Shown one piece after another: positions 11,901-23,670 of a stretch of 64,000 nt of DNA. Under the pieces are notes generated by a model. It made no database searches and was not told the DNA's origin. It saw only the letters and a list, made by a program, of their open reading frames with translations. This DNA comes from Antedon mediterranea (lineage: Eukaryota; Animalia; Echinodermata), in the NCBI RefSeq assembly GCF_964355755.1, contig NC_092670.1, forward strand, positions 38,118,388-38,182,387. The letters are read 5' to 3'. The translations under genes were made by a program, and so were the position numbers. Within the stretch, counting starts at the first letter, position 1. Every line of letters begins with the position of its first letter.

Positions 11901-12978
11901 GGCAAGAAGTTATATTTGGTGGCCTAATCTTGACATGGACATAGAAATTACTGTTCGGGGATGCCCTACTTGTCAGCAGTACGGGAAAGCACCACCAAAA
12001 GCAAATCTGCATCCATGGGAGTGGCCAGGGAAACCCTGGTATCGCATACATATTGATTACGCAGGCCCGTTTGAAGGGAAAATGATACTAGTTATAGTTG
12101 ATGCTCATAGCAAGTATATCGATGCACACATTATGGCATCAAGCACAACATCAGCTACCTTAATCAAGTTACGTCAAACCTTTGCAACTCATGGTGTGCC
12201 ATGGAGTCTAGTATCAGACAATGGTACCCCGTTTACCAGCCACGAGTTCCAGACCTTTTGCAAAAATAATGGTATTAAACATATCTGTAGCTCACCATAC
12301 CATCCAGCCAGTAATGGTCTAGCGGAACGAGCTGTGCAAACTGTGAAAGAGGGGTTAAAGAAAACTGTAGGTGAGGACTTGGAGTCAAGATTATATAGAT
12401 TCCTGGCAAAATACAGACTAACACCACAGTCAACTACTGGTCAGTCACCAGCAGAATTACTAATGAAAAGACGTCCTAGGTCGCGACTTGACTTAGTTTG
12501 CCCTAATATGGAGAACCATGTACTGGATAAACAAGCTACAATGATAGCAGGACGAGAAACGCATGAGAGATCATTTTATGAGGGAGACTCGGTATGGGTA
12601 GTGAACTTTGCTGGTAAACCAAAATGGTTACCTGGTGTGCTTCAACATCAGTTAGGTCCAGTTTCCTTTAACGTACATTTGGACGATGGCCGTGAATGGC
12701 GTCGACACATTGACCACATTCGAAAGCGGTTTCCGGAAGAGAAAGTTAGTAGACCGCCTGAAATTACAGAGCAGACTACAATCAACTTACCAGTTCAAAC
12801 TGAAGAAATACTACCACACCAGCTAACACCAAACCAAACAACTATGGAACAATCTTCAATCAACCCTAATGATTTATCAGATACTGTACCTAAACCTACA
12901 ACTACAGCTAATTCACCAGAATTGGAACCTCGCAGATCAGGAAGAATTCGCAAGGCTCCTGACAGATTAGATTTGTGA
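8971..12978 (+). CDS. Gag-Pol polyprotein (1335 aa)
   Basis: Zinc knuckles (CHKCKRSNHFASVC), protease IDTGA, RT YLDD, RNase H CDAS...TDHKPL, integrase HHCC plus D(HIDYAG)-D(SDNG)-E(GLAER), in Gypsy order. Confidence 0.97.
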   Translation: MDIKSSILPFKSEPTETAPTRWKRWLKRFDNFLIAKAITDDGRKRAMLLHLGGEDVFEISETHTTGNETYLERKEKLTTYFAPKRNVEYEVFMFRQAAQHPTELLDKYYARLCQLAKNCEFQDKEAEIKSQIIQRCQLVKVRHQGLSEANMTLKALLIFGRTLEATQVQAKAMAGGVETEKTIHVVEHKQKYYQPRKPKYGGKQGGKHKAKPETNNRRCTGCGGCHGTEKRDKVCPAWGKQCHKCKRSNHFASVCKATTPANNMHMIQTETEIPVQSAKAATIDVDEYGFPLFKSDTLGKYVKPYMCAVTLNGVPVMMEIDTGATTSLMCEEQFGNIKKGNLTLNTDCLPKLRTYSGEIIEPIGQTMVNVCYEKKSYNLPLLIVPGKGPSLLGRDWLQQMKVNWATVHHLDKLDYTQIFPELFKNELGTLKGNKAKLWIDKEVQPRFFKARPVPHALRSKVESELDRLVAEGVIKPVEFADWAAPIVPVLKANGDVRICGDYKLTVNVAAKVDRYPIPNIEDLYTKLAGGKFYSKLDLSHAYQQIELDEGSQKLTTINTTKGLFVYTRMCYGISSAPGIFQRLMEQIVQGIPKIAVYLDDVLVTGASQEEANANLMLVLTRLQNAGLRLKREKCTFMQESCVYLGHKLDAEGVHPTKEKVQAVAQAPIPKNTSELKSYLGMINYYHRFLRNLSTALAPLNNLLRKDVKWKWCANEQRAFELSKNMLQSSQVIIHYNPALPLLLSCDASPYGIGAVLSHRMPDGMEKPVAFASRSLLKAEANYAHIEREGLAIIFGITKFHKFLYGREFIIQTDHKPLLGLLKEDKLVSSMASARIQRWALKLANYDYKLQYKPGTQNGNADGLSRLPLATVPATVPVPEEIVLSMNLLNNTPVTAPQIAKWTARDPLLSAVLKYTLQGWPSGVGEEFKMYHRKKSELSTQKGCLLWGSRVIIPAQGREILLSELHESHPGIVRMKSLARSYIWWPNLDMDIEITVRGCPTCQQYGKAPPKANLHPWEWPGKPWYRIHIDYAGPFEGKMILVIVDAHSKYIDAHIMASSTTSATLIKLRQTFATHGVPWSLVSDNGTPFTSHEFQTFCKNNGIKHICSSPYHPASNGLAERAVQTVKEGLKKTVGEDLESRLYRFLAKYRLTPQSTTGQSPAELLMKRRPRSRLDLVCPNMENHVLDKQATMIAGRETHERSFYEGDSVWVVNFAGKPKWLPGVLQHQLGPVSFNVHLDDGREWRRHIDHIRKRFPEEKVSRPPEITEQTTINLPVQTEEILPHQLTPNQTTMEQSSINPNDLSDTVPKPTTTANSPELEPRRSGRIRKAPDRLDL

Positions 12979-13219
12979 ACATTGTTATTTTGCGCGTTGT
13001 TGTATGCATTCTGTTGTGGACTAATAATTGAACGTTTGATTGCATTTGATGAACAGTTGTTTTGATGATCATCACAGATTTATGATACTAATAATTACAC
13101 TACAAAGTAATGATATTGATAATTGATGTTTCGCAAATAACTTTTAGTATAACCATGTTTTAAATATTGCTCATTTTAACAGACTTATATTATAACCCAT
13201 ATCATATCATATCAAATCT

Positions 13220-13232
13220 AAAAAAGGAGGAA
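13220..13232 (+). other. Polypurine tract
   Basis: AAAAAAGGAGGAA directly before the 3' LTR. Confidence 0.85.
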
Positions 13233-13372
13233 TGTTTGTAGTACAGCGCTAGCTGTCACGTGACACATGACACGTTGTTGTTTTAGTTATATCGTTATAC
13301 GATCGAGTGATCCAATTAAAGTTTATTGTTTAAAGAGCTGTTTTTAGTAGTTTATTGTTTCCGAACATCACA
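13233..13372 (+). repeat. 3' LTR (140 bp)
   Basis: Identical to the 5' LTR, followed by TSD ACAAG. Confidence 0.97.
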
Positions 13373-13405
13373 ACAAGTAACAACATTCAAAAATGAAATA
13401 CAAAC

Positions 13406-13495
13406 CAAAAACAATCAGCTTCCCCATTGGACGAAGAAGGTCAAAGCATTTCATTGTGTCTTTACCGGACAGAGGGTCAAGAACGATGTCCACTC
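13406..13495 (-). CDS. VAT1: VAT-1 homolog, exon 4 (GVDIVLDPLSGKDTMKCFDLLRPMGKLIVF)
   Basis: MDR GVDIVLD motif; ccag acceptor and gtttgt donor; phase 1-1. Confidence 0.92.
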
Positions 13496-13787
13496 CTGGA
13501 TGAACAAAAAAGTTATTTGTATTTTACAAAGGCTGAAATGGATGAATTTATATATACAGTTAATACTTTATTGGATTAATTTAAAAAAAATAATGGTTTT
13601 ATTCAAAGAACTAAAAATGGTTTTATTCAAAGATTATTCAAGCTTAACAATTCAATTTCTATTAAAAGATAAGAGTATCAATATTTGTTGTTGACAGTTT
13701 GACAATTTTTAGACTGAGATAAAAAAAAAATTAGACATAGTGTAAAACTAAAAAATTTAAATTTTTTACAAATTATTAATGTGCTAC

Positions 13788-13958
13788 CTTTTGGTGAGAT
13801 TTTTCGAATCTCGACTTCATAATCCATGTTTCTGTAATCAATCGGATGCTTAACGCCCATCTCGCGTATCAGCTCGTGCTTATGCGCTGAGGCAGTCCCA
13901 TACACAGTAACATCGGGAACGGTTTTGCATAGCTGTGTAGCTGCAATACCTACTCCAC
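13788..13958 (-). CDS. VAT1: VAT-1 homolog, exon 3
   Basis: GGVGIAATQLC...GTAS..KHE...HPIDY...ISPKG; completes the NADPH-binding AAGGVG motif; AG/GT boundaries. Confidence 0.93.
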
Positions 13959-16195
13959 CTGTAAGCAATGATGTTGGCACATTTAATGAATTAATTTCTA
14001 TATCAGATTCTATACAGTCAGGGGAAAAATAACAAAATGCTTCCTACTTTCTAGGATTTTTATCAAATAATCTATATTATTTTGAAAACTTTAACATGAC
14101 CACAGTGCTGATTTTGCCATTTTTTCTCTAACTTATTTAGTGTATTCTGGTACAGATTTCGTGCATGTTTTATCAGATCCTAATAAGCGCTACATCTAAT
14201 TTTGATGGCCTAATTATTAATAAAAATACTAACAATAAGACTATGTTTCATTGTATGTCTTTTTTTGCTGTTCACCCTGTTTTGGTTCCTGTTTGTACGG
14301 TTCCTTTTTTTTACTGTTAAATTCTTTCAAAGGACCTCATTGGAAACAAGTCCGTAGAGAACTTTTATGAGTTATCCTTGGGCATCCTTCTTGTTTTATG
14401 TCTCTTGGCTTTTTATATATGATATTTTTAATTGTATGTCTGTGATTTTTTATGTACCGATGCCGAAATAAATCAAATCAAATCATCCATAACTATACCA
14501 TAAACTTGCATAACAATACAAGTGAGAACTTTAAATCAATTGAGTAACTGAATTTCTCATATATTTATATTATATAATATAAGACGCAATACATCTTTGG
14601 GTTTTAATCAAACATATACATACTCATTTTCATCAAAATATACTTTAATTTGCTTACATTTGAAAAAAAAATCATTGAAAATCTGATTTTGCTACATCAA
14701 GTTATAAGAATGTTATTGCCAGTCACTTTATAGTAAACACATGATTCCTTTGGTATGTTAACATTATCATAATATATTTTATAGAGTACATAAAGCAATA
14801 CACAAGATTATTTATATATTTGTCATAGTGCTGTGACAGCATTTAGTTTAATCCAACCGTGCAGAATGACTACTTCTTGCAGAATTCCAACTTCTCAAAT
14901 GCTAATATATTTTAATATTAATGTTGGAAATTTCTAAAATGTCAAGTTTGAAATAGAAACTATTTTATGCTGTGAATACTGTACTGTAGACAGTGTATCA
15001 TTAATATTAATATATTTAAATTATTTAAAATCCAACTGATCTAGATTTTTAAAAATTCAGCGGTAGGTATTTTAGGCTATATTAAGTGTGCTTAAAATGT
15101 CCACTTTCTATTGTGGCCCTTAATTCGTTTGCTTTCATTTTTTTAGTAAAAGGTCAAGGGTCAAATACACAGCATTCTCTGCGGCTTTTGTAAACTAGAA
15201 AAATTTGTACAAACCATTTTATTGTATTAAGATCCAATAAATACCTCATTTCGTTTATAGATTCTTTCAACGCATGACCTTGTTGATAATGTGATACAAA
15301 TCATGGATTAAAGTTAAAAATCAAACGGTGAAATGTTATTTCACAAAATTTACCTACTTTAAATTTTTTCAATAAATAGCATTTTTAATTAAGCAATTAC
15401 CCTATTTGGTCATTTATTCTGTTATCACTTTACAATGGCTATGACAGCTGGCGTGATAATTAAGCCAAATTTACACATCAGTATAAATCCAATTATTCAT
15501 TTCATATTGTATTAACCAGCACTTTGCTAATGGAGTCTATACATTACATGGAATCCGTTAAACGTTTTTAAAAACAGTAGTTTTATCAATTTACATTACA
15601 ATAAAACGGGAGAAAGAGGTTGAACGCATAATTAATTGAGAATCTCATGATTTACTCTATTTGATCATTTTCAAGAATTTTCAAATATACTGTAGTATTT
15701 TATAATATATATTTTATATATTTATAATCTAGTATTTAATGCTATATAATGAGAATTAAATAGAAAATACAGAGTAAAGCTCTTAAGACTATAATAAATA
15801 CACAATTTATAAGGATCGTTCATTGTAAATGACAATGATGATGCCATTCCTCATTAGAACATGGAGAATGTCTAGAAATGATATCTTTAACTCCATATGT
15901 AGTGATGCAAACCAAATCACTTTGTGTTTATTTGTTAAGCAAACAATTGTAATAATGAGCTGCACTGTGATGAAGTCTTTTAACGCATTCAACTTAGGAG
16001 TAGAGTAGCATATACAAACATTATTATAATGAGCACAAGTAACAACAAATAACTATATAATTTTGATTAAGATGACATTGATAATGATTATTTTTATGTG
16101 TTTTTGCTAATCAGTGACAGTGATAATGATGACCATGACAGGAATGACAGCAGTATTGCAAAGTGACAAATAAAGAAATATCTTAAAATGTGAAT

Positions 16196-16420
16196 GTGAG
16201 TGGTATTGAGTCAAGTGACCGAGCGGTATTAAGTCGAGTGACCGAGTGGTATTGAGTCAAGTGACCGAGTGGTTAAGGCAGTGGACCTGCAACATAGAGG
16301 TTCAAGTCTTTCCTCAACCATAGTTCTAGTGAACTAGACTTTTGGATAAGGTTATATCTGGTGTGTGTGCCAGTGCAACTTTTGGAAGAGTAGGGGTTTA
16401 CCCCGGTGTACTGGTCTGTA
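16196..16420 (+). mobile_element. SINE family S-related copy with triplicated 23-bp head
   Basis: GTGGTATTGAGTCAAGTGACCGA x3, then GTGGTTAAGGCAGTGGA, GGTTCAAG and GAGTAGGGG..ACCCCGGTGTACT. Confidence 0.65.
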
Positions 16421-16500
16421 TCAGGACCTGTCATTGGCAGCTCGACACAAACATGTATGTGCGACTATAGAAAGATGAGATGTTTTTTGTTTAAACCTAC

Positions 16501-16708
16501 CAGCAGCCATATGTATCAAAACACTGGTTCCCTGCCGTAAGTTACCAAAATTGAAGAGCATCAGGTAGGCTGTTAAGTAGTTAACGGCAAGTGCTGCTGC
16601 CTCCTCAAATGACATTCCTTCTGGAATTGGAAAGCATCGCTCAGCTTTCACAGCCGCAAACTCCTTCCACAATCCAAAATCATTCAAGCATATTACACGG
16701 GTACCAGG
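16501..16708 (-). CDS. VAT1: VAT-1 homolog, exon 2
   Basis: IPEGMSFEEAAALAVNYLTAYLMLF..GNLR.G.SVLIHMAAG; ctcag acceptor and gtaggt donor. Confidence 0.93.
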
Positions 16709-17221
16709 CTGAGTAAAATTAATGTTGAAAAACACAGTTTTTAGAAAATTATATTTTTTCTTCAATAAAACAGCATCTATTACTGTGGCATTAACATAGG
16801 ACAAGTAATTTGCCTGTACATACAGTAATATAATTTATTTTTGTATAAATACTGCAATGTATATTTTTTATATGATTTTTTATACCGAATATAGTAATTA
16901 CCATGGGTGACACTACTACATGCAGTACGTTATAATAGTAAAGTAATTACTGTACATAAACAAATATTATAGGCCCTTTGTCAAGGGAGAGATTTATATA
17001 TGCTGTATATACTTTTGTGTAATTTTAAATGCAGTATCAATTATTTGTCAGTACCAGTACCCAATATACTCCTTGCTAGTGTGATTGCAAGGAGTATATT
17101 GGAGTGAGAATATTAATGTTAATGACATGGCGCACACATGCCAAATGAAAGAATTCTACTGTAGACATATTCATGCAGAAAAGAACTTTTAACCAAATTA
17201 GTTATACAGTATAAGAATTAC

Positions 17222-17536
17222 TTTAGGTTGCACAACTCCACTGCCTACTTCCTCTACAACACCAGCACACTCCATACCCATTGAGAATGGACATGGAGGT
17301 AAGCCGCCAGGAACCTGATACAAGCCTTGCCGACAGTGCAGCTCAGCAAAATTTAGGCCTGACGTTTTAACACGAACAAGAACTTGTCCTGTCTCTGGCT
17401 TCGGAATTGGTAACTCTCTCGTGACCAACTTATCATAGCCACCATGGCCTGTCAAAAGAACTGCTTGCATACGTTGTTCTTCCATAGATTTTTTGACTTC
17501 AGAGTCCTTAGAATCACGATTAATTTGCGCAGCCAT
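17222..17536 (-). CDS. VAT1: VAT-1 homolog, exon 1 (whole CDS 1125 nt, 374 aa, 6 exons)
   Basis: LTGHGGYDKL...VLVRVKTSGLNFAEL..RQGLY...GMECAGVVE (MDR GroES-like domain); donor gtaatt; all six exons join in frame. Confidence 0.93.
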
Positions 17537-18014
17537 GATGAATTTGATTTTCAGATTACAACAGGTCCCTGGAAAAATGAAAATTATGTACTCCTAGAAC
17601 ATCCGCCTACACAAATTGAATACGTGTGATTTGATGACATAAAAGAAAACATACACAGCGTCCCCTATTATGTGTTTGTAAACACTGAGATTATTTTCCA
17701 AATATGTCTTTAGTAGGCGGAGTTAAGTCTATTGAATTGTAAATCTATTGGTCATTGAAAAAATTACGTCATGGGGCTGTCCCTCGTTCGTTACTCTTGA
17801 TTGAACACATGGCATACACAGTATCAACCGCAATACACGCGTGGTGACTAAAAATAGCTACTGTGCACTGTTGTTCATTTCAAAAAGAGAGCCTAGCTTG
17901 ACGAGACACGCTATTGTTGGAAATTGTAATTACTGTAACTTAGGTTGTGGAGTTTGTGATTGAATAAACCTCTATTATATTACTTATTAGGCCTACTTTT
18001 TATATTTGTTAAAG
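17537..18014. promoter_or_regulatory. Putative bidirectional promoter and 5' UTRs between VAT1 and Rnd
   Basis: 478 bp between divergent ATGs; GC-box-like AGGCGGAG (~17715), ATTGG (~17747), CRE-like TTACGTCA (~17764); locally more CpG. Confidence 0.6.
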
Positions 18015-18140
18015 ATGATTCGAAGACAAAGTACGATGTCTTTGGCAGAGCGTACGCGATGTAGAATTGTTATTGTTGGGGATAGTGGATGTGGAAAAAG
18101 TTCATTGCTAAGCCTGTTTGTGAAGGAAAGTTTTCCAGAG
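18015..18140 (+). CDS. RND: Rnd/RhoE-type Rho GTPase, exon 1 (whole CDS 735 nt, 244 aa, 5 exons)
   Basis: MIRRQSTMSLAERTRCRIVIVGDSGCGKSSLL...FPE, P-loop; donor gtgagt. Confidence 0.88.
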
Positions 18141-18382
18141 GTGAGTGCGGGAAAAAGAGCGGGCGACTGTATCGATTTTTAGGGGGCCGAAGGGTTTTGC
18201 ATTGTGGGCAGTTTGACTTTGTTTTAGGCTAGCCTTCATTCATAAATAAACCAGGCATGCTTTATAATGTTTACAATGTTGTTTATAAATGTTTCTTTTT
18301 ATTTTACTTTCATATTCAGATTTATAAAGCCTGCCTATCCTAAAAAAAGTATATTCTTGAATGTGTTTATTCTTATTCTTAG

Positions 18383-18470
18383 GTATATATCCCAACTACA
18401 TTTGAACAATATGAATCAACAATTGATGTTGGAAAAATGCACTTAGAAGTAAACATATGGGATACATCAG
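18383..18470 (+). CDS. RND: Rnd-type GTPase, exon 2
   Basis: VYIPTTFEQY (switch I)...IWDTSG (Rnd-type G3); ttag acceptor and gtaaaa donor. Confidence 0.9.
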
Positions 18471-21400
18471 GTAAAACATAAAAAAAAAATTATATTTTGG
18501 TTTTATTTTGATATTTTGTTCTTTAGTTGATTTATATTATTATTATTATTATTATATTATTATTATTCTGTTGTTACATTTCTCTTTATTAAACAACAAG
18601 TATTAACCCTTTGGAAAGAAATTCATCTTTATCAGTATTTTCTTTTTTGTTCGATTAGATCATCCAAAAGAAAATTATACTGTAAGAAAGCTCTATAAAG
18701 TACTTTTGTTATATTAAAACAATTTTCTACTTGTAACTTTACAGTACCTTCACTGACCGATATGCTTAAAAAAGTTAGTATTAGTATTAACTTGGTGGGG
18801 TCTGTTTCTACTTTGAAAGAATAAAAATGACCATGTAGCCAAATTATCTTTACAGTAATTTTTTAGAAGCAAAAACAGGACAATTTCAAATAAACTAAAC
18901 GATTAAAAACTGTCAATAAATTGCAACAATCAGTCATTGCTAAATGGCGGTTATTTGATTGACCGCGTTATTGACCTTGATTCAACAACTTTAGCATCTT
19001 GAGCAATTGACCACTTGATTGCATGTAAAGTCATTTCGTTGACCACCAACCACTGGTTTTAAATTAAATTATGATGGGAAGCACAAGTTTAACAGATACG
19101 CAATCTATTTTCCAAAAAATGGTTATTTGGTATTATGCAGCAGAAATAGGCCCTTGTACAGTAATCTGACATTTGTAATTATTTCCTGATAAGATTGATA
19201 TTTCTTGTTTATTTAATTACTGTGTCTTTCAACTCTGTTGCCTTGACCGGGTTAAAATATAACGCCATGTATTACAGCTTTTCCTGAAAATTATTACATG
19301 AGTATTGGTAAAGAAATGGATGTTTGGGACATTAGTTGACAATCCGTTATCCTAAAGGATTTGCATCACTTCCAGTATTTCAATTCAATAAAAAAAAAAA
19401 ACCTATTGTTTACAAATCAGGTGACATTTTTTGTGGTTTGTCGCCGATTATTTTAATTATGTCGGGAAAACCACTTTTCTGTAGAATCTTCTCGGAAACT
19501 ACTGTTTTTTTTTCCATGATATGCAAAAAAAGGTTGGAGACTATTCTAAACAGGAGGTATTATTCATTCATCTTTTTATTTCGGAATACCAATAAGAAAT
19601 CTTTGTACATATAAACAAAAACATATTTGAGGTTGTAGAGAATAACGGACAAAATATATAAATATATAAATTTAATGTAATACAGTAGTAATGTACTGTA
19701 AAGTGTAGTTGTGTAAAAACTTTAAACAAATTATAATTGACTTAGATTTCTTTTCCCATGTGGCCTACAACAAGGACACTTGGAATTATTGCTAATAGTC
19801 ATAAATCTAAATCTAGTTAATTTGATTGCAGACCTTCAAAATCAAATTTGTTGTGGTTAAGATTTATTGGTATTATTAACAAGGCAAATGTTAAGGTACT
19901 ATATAATAATTTAATTTATATTCTTTATTATTATACAGTAATAAACAAATGCAGTTGATACAGTGACACAGTTTTCAATCAAGTGTCAAATTAGTTTGGT
20001 TGCTCTTTTTGCTAGATATTTTTTTTAATCAAAAACCAACAGCAACACAAAAATTGCCAATATCAGGAGGGTTAACATACAAAACAGAACGGATACACGG
20101 AAAAAATAACTAGATAATATACAACTATCAGTATATACATTAGCAAATGTGTGGTAGTGGATAAAAAAAAACTACATTTCATATTTCAAACTAGCTCTGA
20201 TTAAATGTACTATTAAATGAAAATAACAACATAATTTAAAGTACAGTACATCAAATGTTATCACAGTTGTGTATTTAGCCTTTTCACTTAACTTGCTTGA
20301 CCATTACATTTTGTGCCCATTTTTTGATAATAATGTCAAGGTTGCTTTTATCTGATAAGGCACATTGTGATAAGTACTGAGTGTCTACTTATTTGATAGT
20401 ACTATACTAACTGGACATTGTTGAAAGTACTAGTTTTCTACAATAAAATTTGTACAATACTGTATACCAAATTTAATTCAGAACTAAATAATAAATAAAT
20501 ATACTTATATAGGCCTATACTCCATCAAAAGTTAAGTGTTGTACTTTTTCACTATTGTATAATTCATTTCTTTTTCCTTTTTTTCTTTAAACTTATGAAC
20601 GCACCGTCATAAAACGTGTGCCGCTGTTCTAAAAGCGTCTGTTCAATAAAGTTATTAATAACTAATATTAGTAACTTAATAACTAATTAATAGTATATTA
20701 ATTTAGTAGTGAAGGAATACTGTAGGAACAATGTTGGGCAATACAGTACTGTATGTTCCATTAAAATGGGCCCACCAGATTTTCTTTATCTCTTTATCTC
20801 CCCCCCCCCCCCCTTCCAACTTACTCTACCCCCACCCCCTAGGGTAATCTGGTTGGTTGATGTTGATATTACAATGACAGATTCAGACAGTTCTCTGGCT
20901 GGGTTCATTTATCTTGTTCCAGATTCAATTACATTATGTTTAGAATGTTTATTATTAATAGAATGTGTTTGTTCAGGATGTTTGATGATGACATCACACA
21001 CCGTGCTGATGTCATACATAGCACCACCTAATCTATGACATCATAAGTGTTGATCCCATCTAGGAGGAGGAAGTGTACAAAGTTCCATAATATTTAGAAT
21101 GATTGAGCCCTTTTATTTCTAAACAATTATTTATTTAAAGGTGTCCCCTTAATAGGAGTTCTCCTAAACAAACTACAAGACCTACGGATTGGTAAAAAAC
21201 CTAAAAAAAAACATACAGTACAGTACAGCTATAGCAAACCCATTGTGAACAAACAAAAAATGATGTTTTACTTAAAAAATAAGTAGTTAAAAACACAGAT
21301 TTGTTAAAAAATTGTATCTTACAGTATATGTTGGCTCGATGGCATTCGCTATGTTTTTTTAGAGGTTTGCGATGTCTAGCAAATACCCTACAGTAAAACT

Positions 21401-21936
21401 ACCATTTCTCAACTAGGTTGATCTGTACCAGTAGGCACTCTTTCCAACATGCAGATTACTGAAATAGTACTTCAATTTTATTTTTGACAGGCGGTTTTTA
21501 ATTGAAAGGTGTTGATTTATGCGTCTCAAGACAAGTTCATATGGATTTCCAAAATTCTGTAAATACAGTAGTAATGTCTTTCCCTGAGGGTCAAAGTACA
21601 AATATGAACAATATGTTCAATTACCTGACCTGTATGACATCACTGCAGGAGCTAATAAAGCTAGAAATTTTATTTTGACTAGGATTTTGTATAGGAAATG
21701 ATAAGTCAGAACTGAACAGTGTGTTATCACCGGGGCCACAGGCAACAACTGCTATGTACAGTATAACAATATGTTTTGAATGTTGCACTATAATTGGAAT
21801 GACAGTAGTACCAATTACCAAGTAGTTTAACATGCAATTTGAAATTGGTTTTTAACATGTTTTTGATTTTGTTCCGTTTTTCTCACTTTTTAAAAATGAT
21901 GTGACCTTTATTTCAACTCTTGTCTTTCTACAAAAA

Positions 21937-22135
21937 AGCTTGGTTCTCACTAGAACGTAACGCAAGGACGTAAACGCAACGCAAGGACGTAAACGCAACG
22001 CAAGCGTTTTAACCAATGACAAGCGAAGTTATAGACAGTTAGAAATTACATGCGAATAAAGCCATCGCTTGTGATTGGTTAAAACGCTTGCGTTGCGTTT
22101 ACGTCCTTGCGTTACGTTCTAGTGGGAACCAAGCT
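21937..22135. mobile_element. Palindromic MITE related to family B
   Basis: Long near-perfect arms AGCTTGGTTCTCACTAGAACGTAACGCAAGGACGTAAACGCAACGCAAG; a 20-bp unit is duplicated in the left arm. Confidence 0.85.
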
Positions 22136-22861
22136 TTATATACGTGCTGTACAGTGGCATGAGAACAGTACACACAGTATCATCACAGGAGGCTGCCTCG
22201 GTATGATATTTTCCAAAAAAGGTGGGGGGGGGGGGTGGTAATATTATACTAGGATTATAATGGATTTACATACCATGTCTTTTACTATACTGTATCTGAA
22301 TTAATAATGTAGTTATTACTGTACTGTAATTAGAGGTCTTATATACTCTAAATTTGGATTTATATTTAAAAAAAATGTTTTTCAATACAAGTACAACTAA
22401 GTTAAAACTATTATCTTCTACTGTATGTATTAAAATTATGCTATTTATTAATCCCAATAGCGATTACAAGTATCAAATTCATAATTGTAGGCTTACTAAA
22501 TAATTGGTTCTTTGATGTACAATTCGGTTTAATTAAGCATTAACAGGGAACACATTAGCGGTAACTTTCCCTAATCAATTCTTCCATTGCCTCTTTAGCT
22601 TTCCTAATCTATTGATCCATCCATTCAGTGGCTTATGCAACCCTCCATTGTATTCTACTAATTACCTGTATTTGTTAATGATTAATTAAGTCTTGGATGA
22701 AGTACAGTTAAACTTTGTACAGTATCACCACATCACCTGGTCAGTAGTTTTTTTTAACTTTTCTTCTTCTCTTTTAATTTTATTAAATCAATAGTGTACC
22801 TATAGTATAAATATTCTATATTCACCCTATTTTGCAGTACTGTATCTCTACATAAATGTAC

Positions 22862-23033
22862 TATCTATTCCAGCAGTATCATAGGAATATTTGGTAATAC
22901 AGCATCCTATTATATCACAGGTGGTGCCTGCATCATGTAAGGTTAAGGGTTAGGTTGTTACTAGATGCATGTGGAACACATGTGATGTTGTATTACCAAA
23001 GAGTCCTACAGTATGATACTTCGGAAATAGATA
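22862..23033. mobile_element. Degenerate hairpin MITE
   Basis: TATCTATTCC..AGTATCATA..TTGGTAATACAGCATC pairs with GATGTTGTATTACCAA..TATGATACT..GGAAATAGATA. Confidence 0.55.
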
Positions 23034-23379
23034 CAGTGCCGAGAATCGCCTGACCTGTTTGTGAATACACCTTTTTTTAATTCAAGCTTAGAAAAATGTA
23101 CTTTTTTATCCACTAGATAGCAAAACTATTTTGTTTGAATTTTATTCACTGATATTATACTTTTATAGAGTAGTATTGAATCGCATGTAATTGACTTTTG
23201 CGTTTGACACATTTTCAAGCTCATTGAGCAAGCTAACATAAGCTTATTATAATGACTTATGAAAAATACTAAACATAAGTAGTTGCCGGTTTCCAATCAA
23301 CAGTATTTGACGTTTGGGAATAGAGATCTGAATGGGTTATGGAAGCTTGACTCTTGTAAAAGAACGGATGATCTAGTGA

Positions 23380-23670
23380 GATACAGTAGTACATAGGCGT
23401 GTTGGACATCGAATTACTGATCATATTTCGAATCCAACTGCTACATTGCTTGTATCCTTAGGCAAGACACTCTCTCTACCCAGGTGTATAAAATGGGTAC
23501 CGGTTAGATCAAGACACAACTTTGCGATGATTACTACTGTACTGCATTATTATGGGAGTATGTTTCCATATGTGTTTGATCCAAAAGATGACCAGGGTAA
23601 TAATGTGCAAAGCATTGGGATGAGAGCTTGTTTATATGCGCTATATGAGAATGAACTTTTATATTATACT
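23380..23670 (+). mobile_element. CORE-like SINE remnant
   Basis: B-box-like TTCGAATCC followed by CCTTAGGCAAGACACT...CCCAGGTGTATAAAATGGGTACC, resembling the CORE domain. Confidence 0.55.

Larger units (their letters stand above)
8575..13372 (+). mobile_element. Intact Ty3/Gypsy LTR retrotransposon (Mag/SURL-like), 4798 bp
   Basis: Identical TG...CA LTRs; 5-bp TSD ACAAG (8570-8574 and 13373-13377); PBS; PPT; one uninterrupted gag-pol ORF. Confidence 0.97.

Noticed and set aside
12979-13232. env or extra ORF in the Gypsy element
   Set aside because: Only about 250 bp of AT-rich non-coding DNA between pol and the PPT
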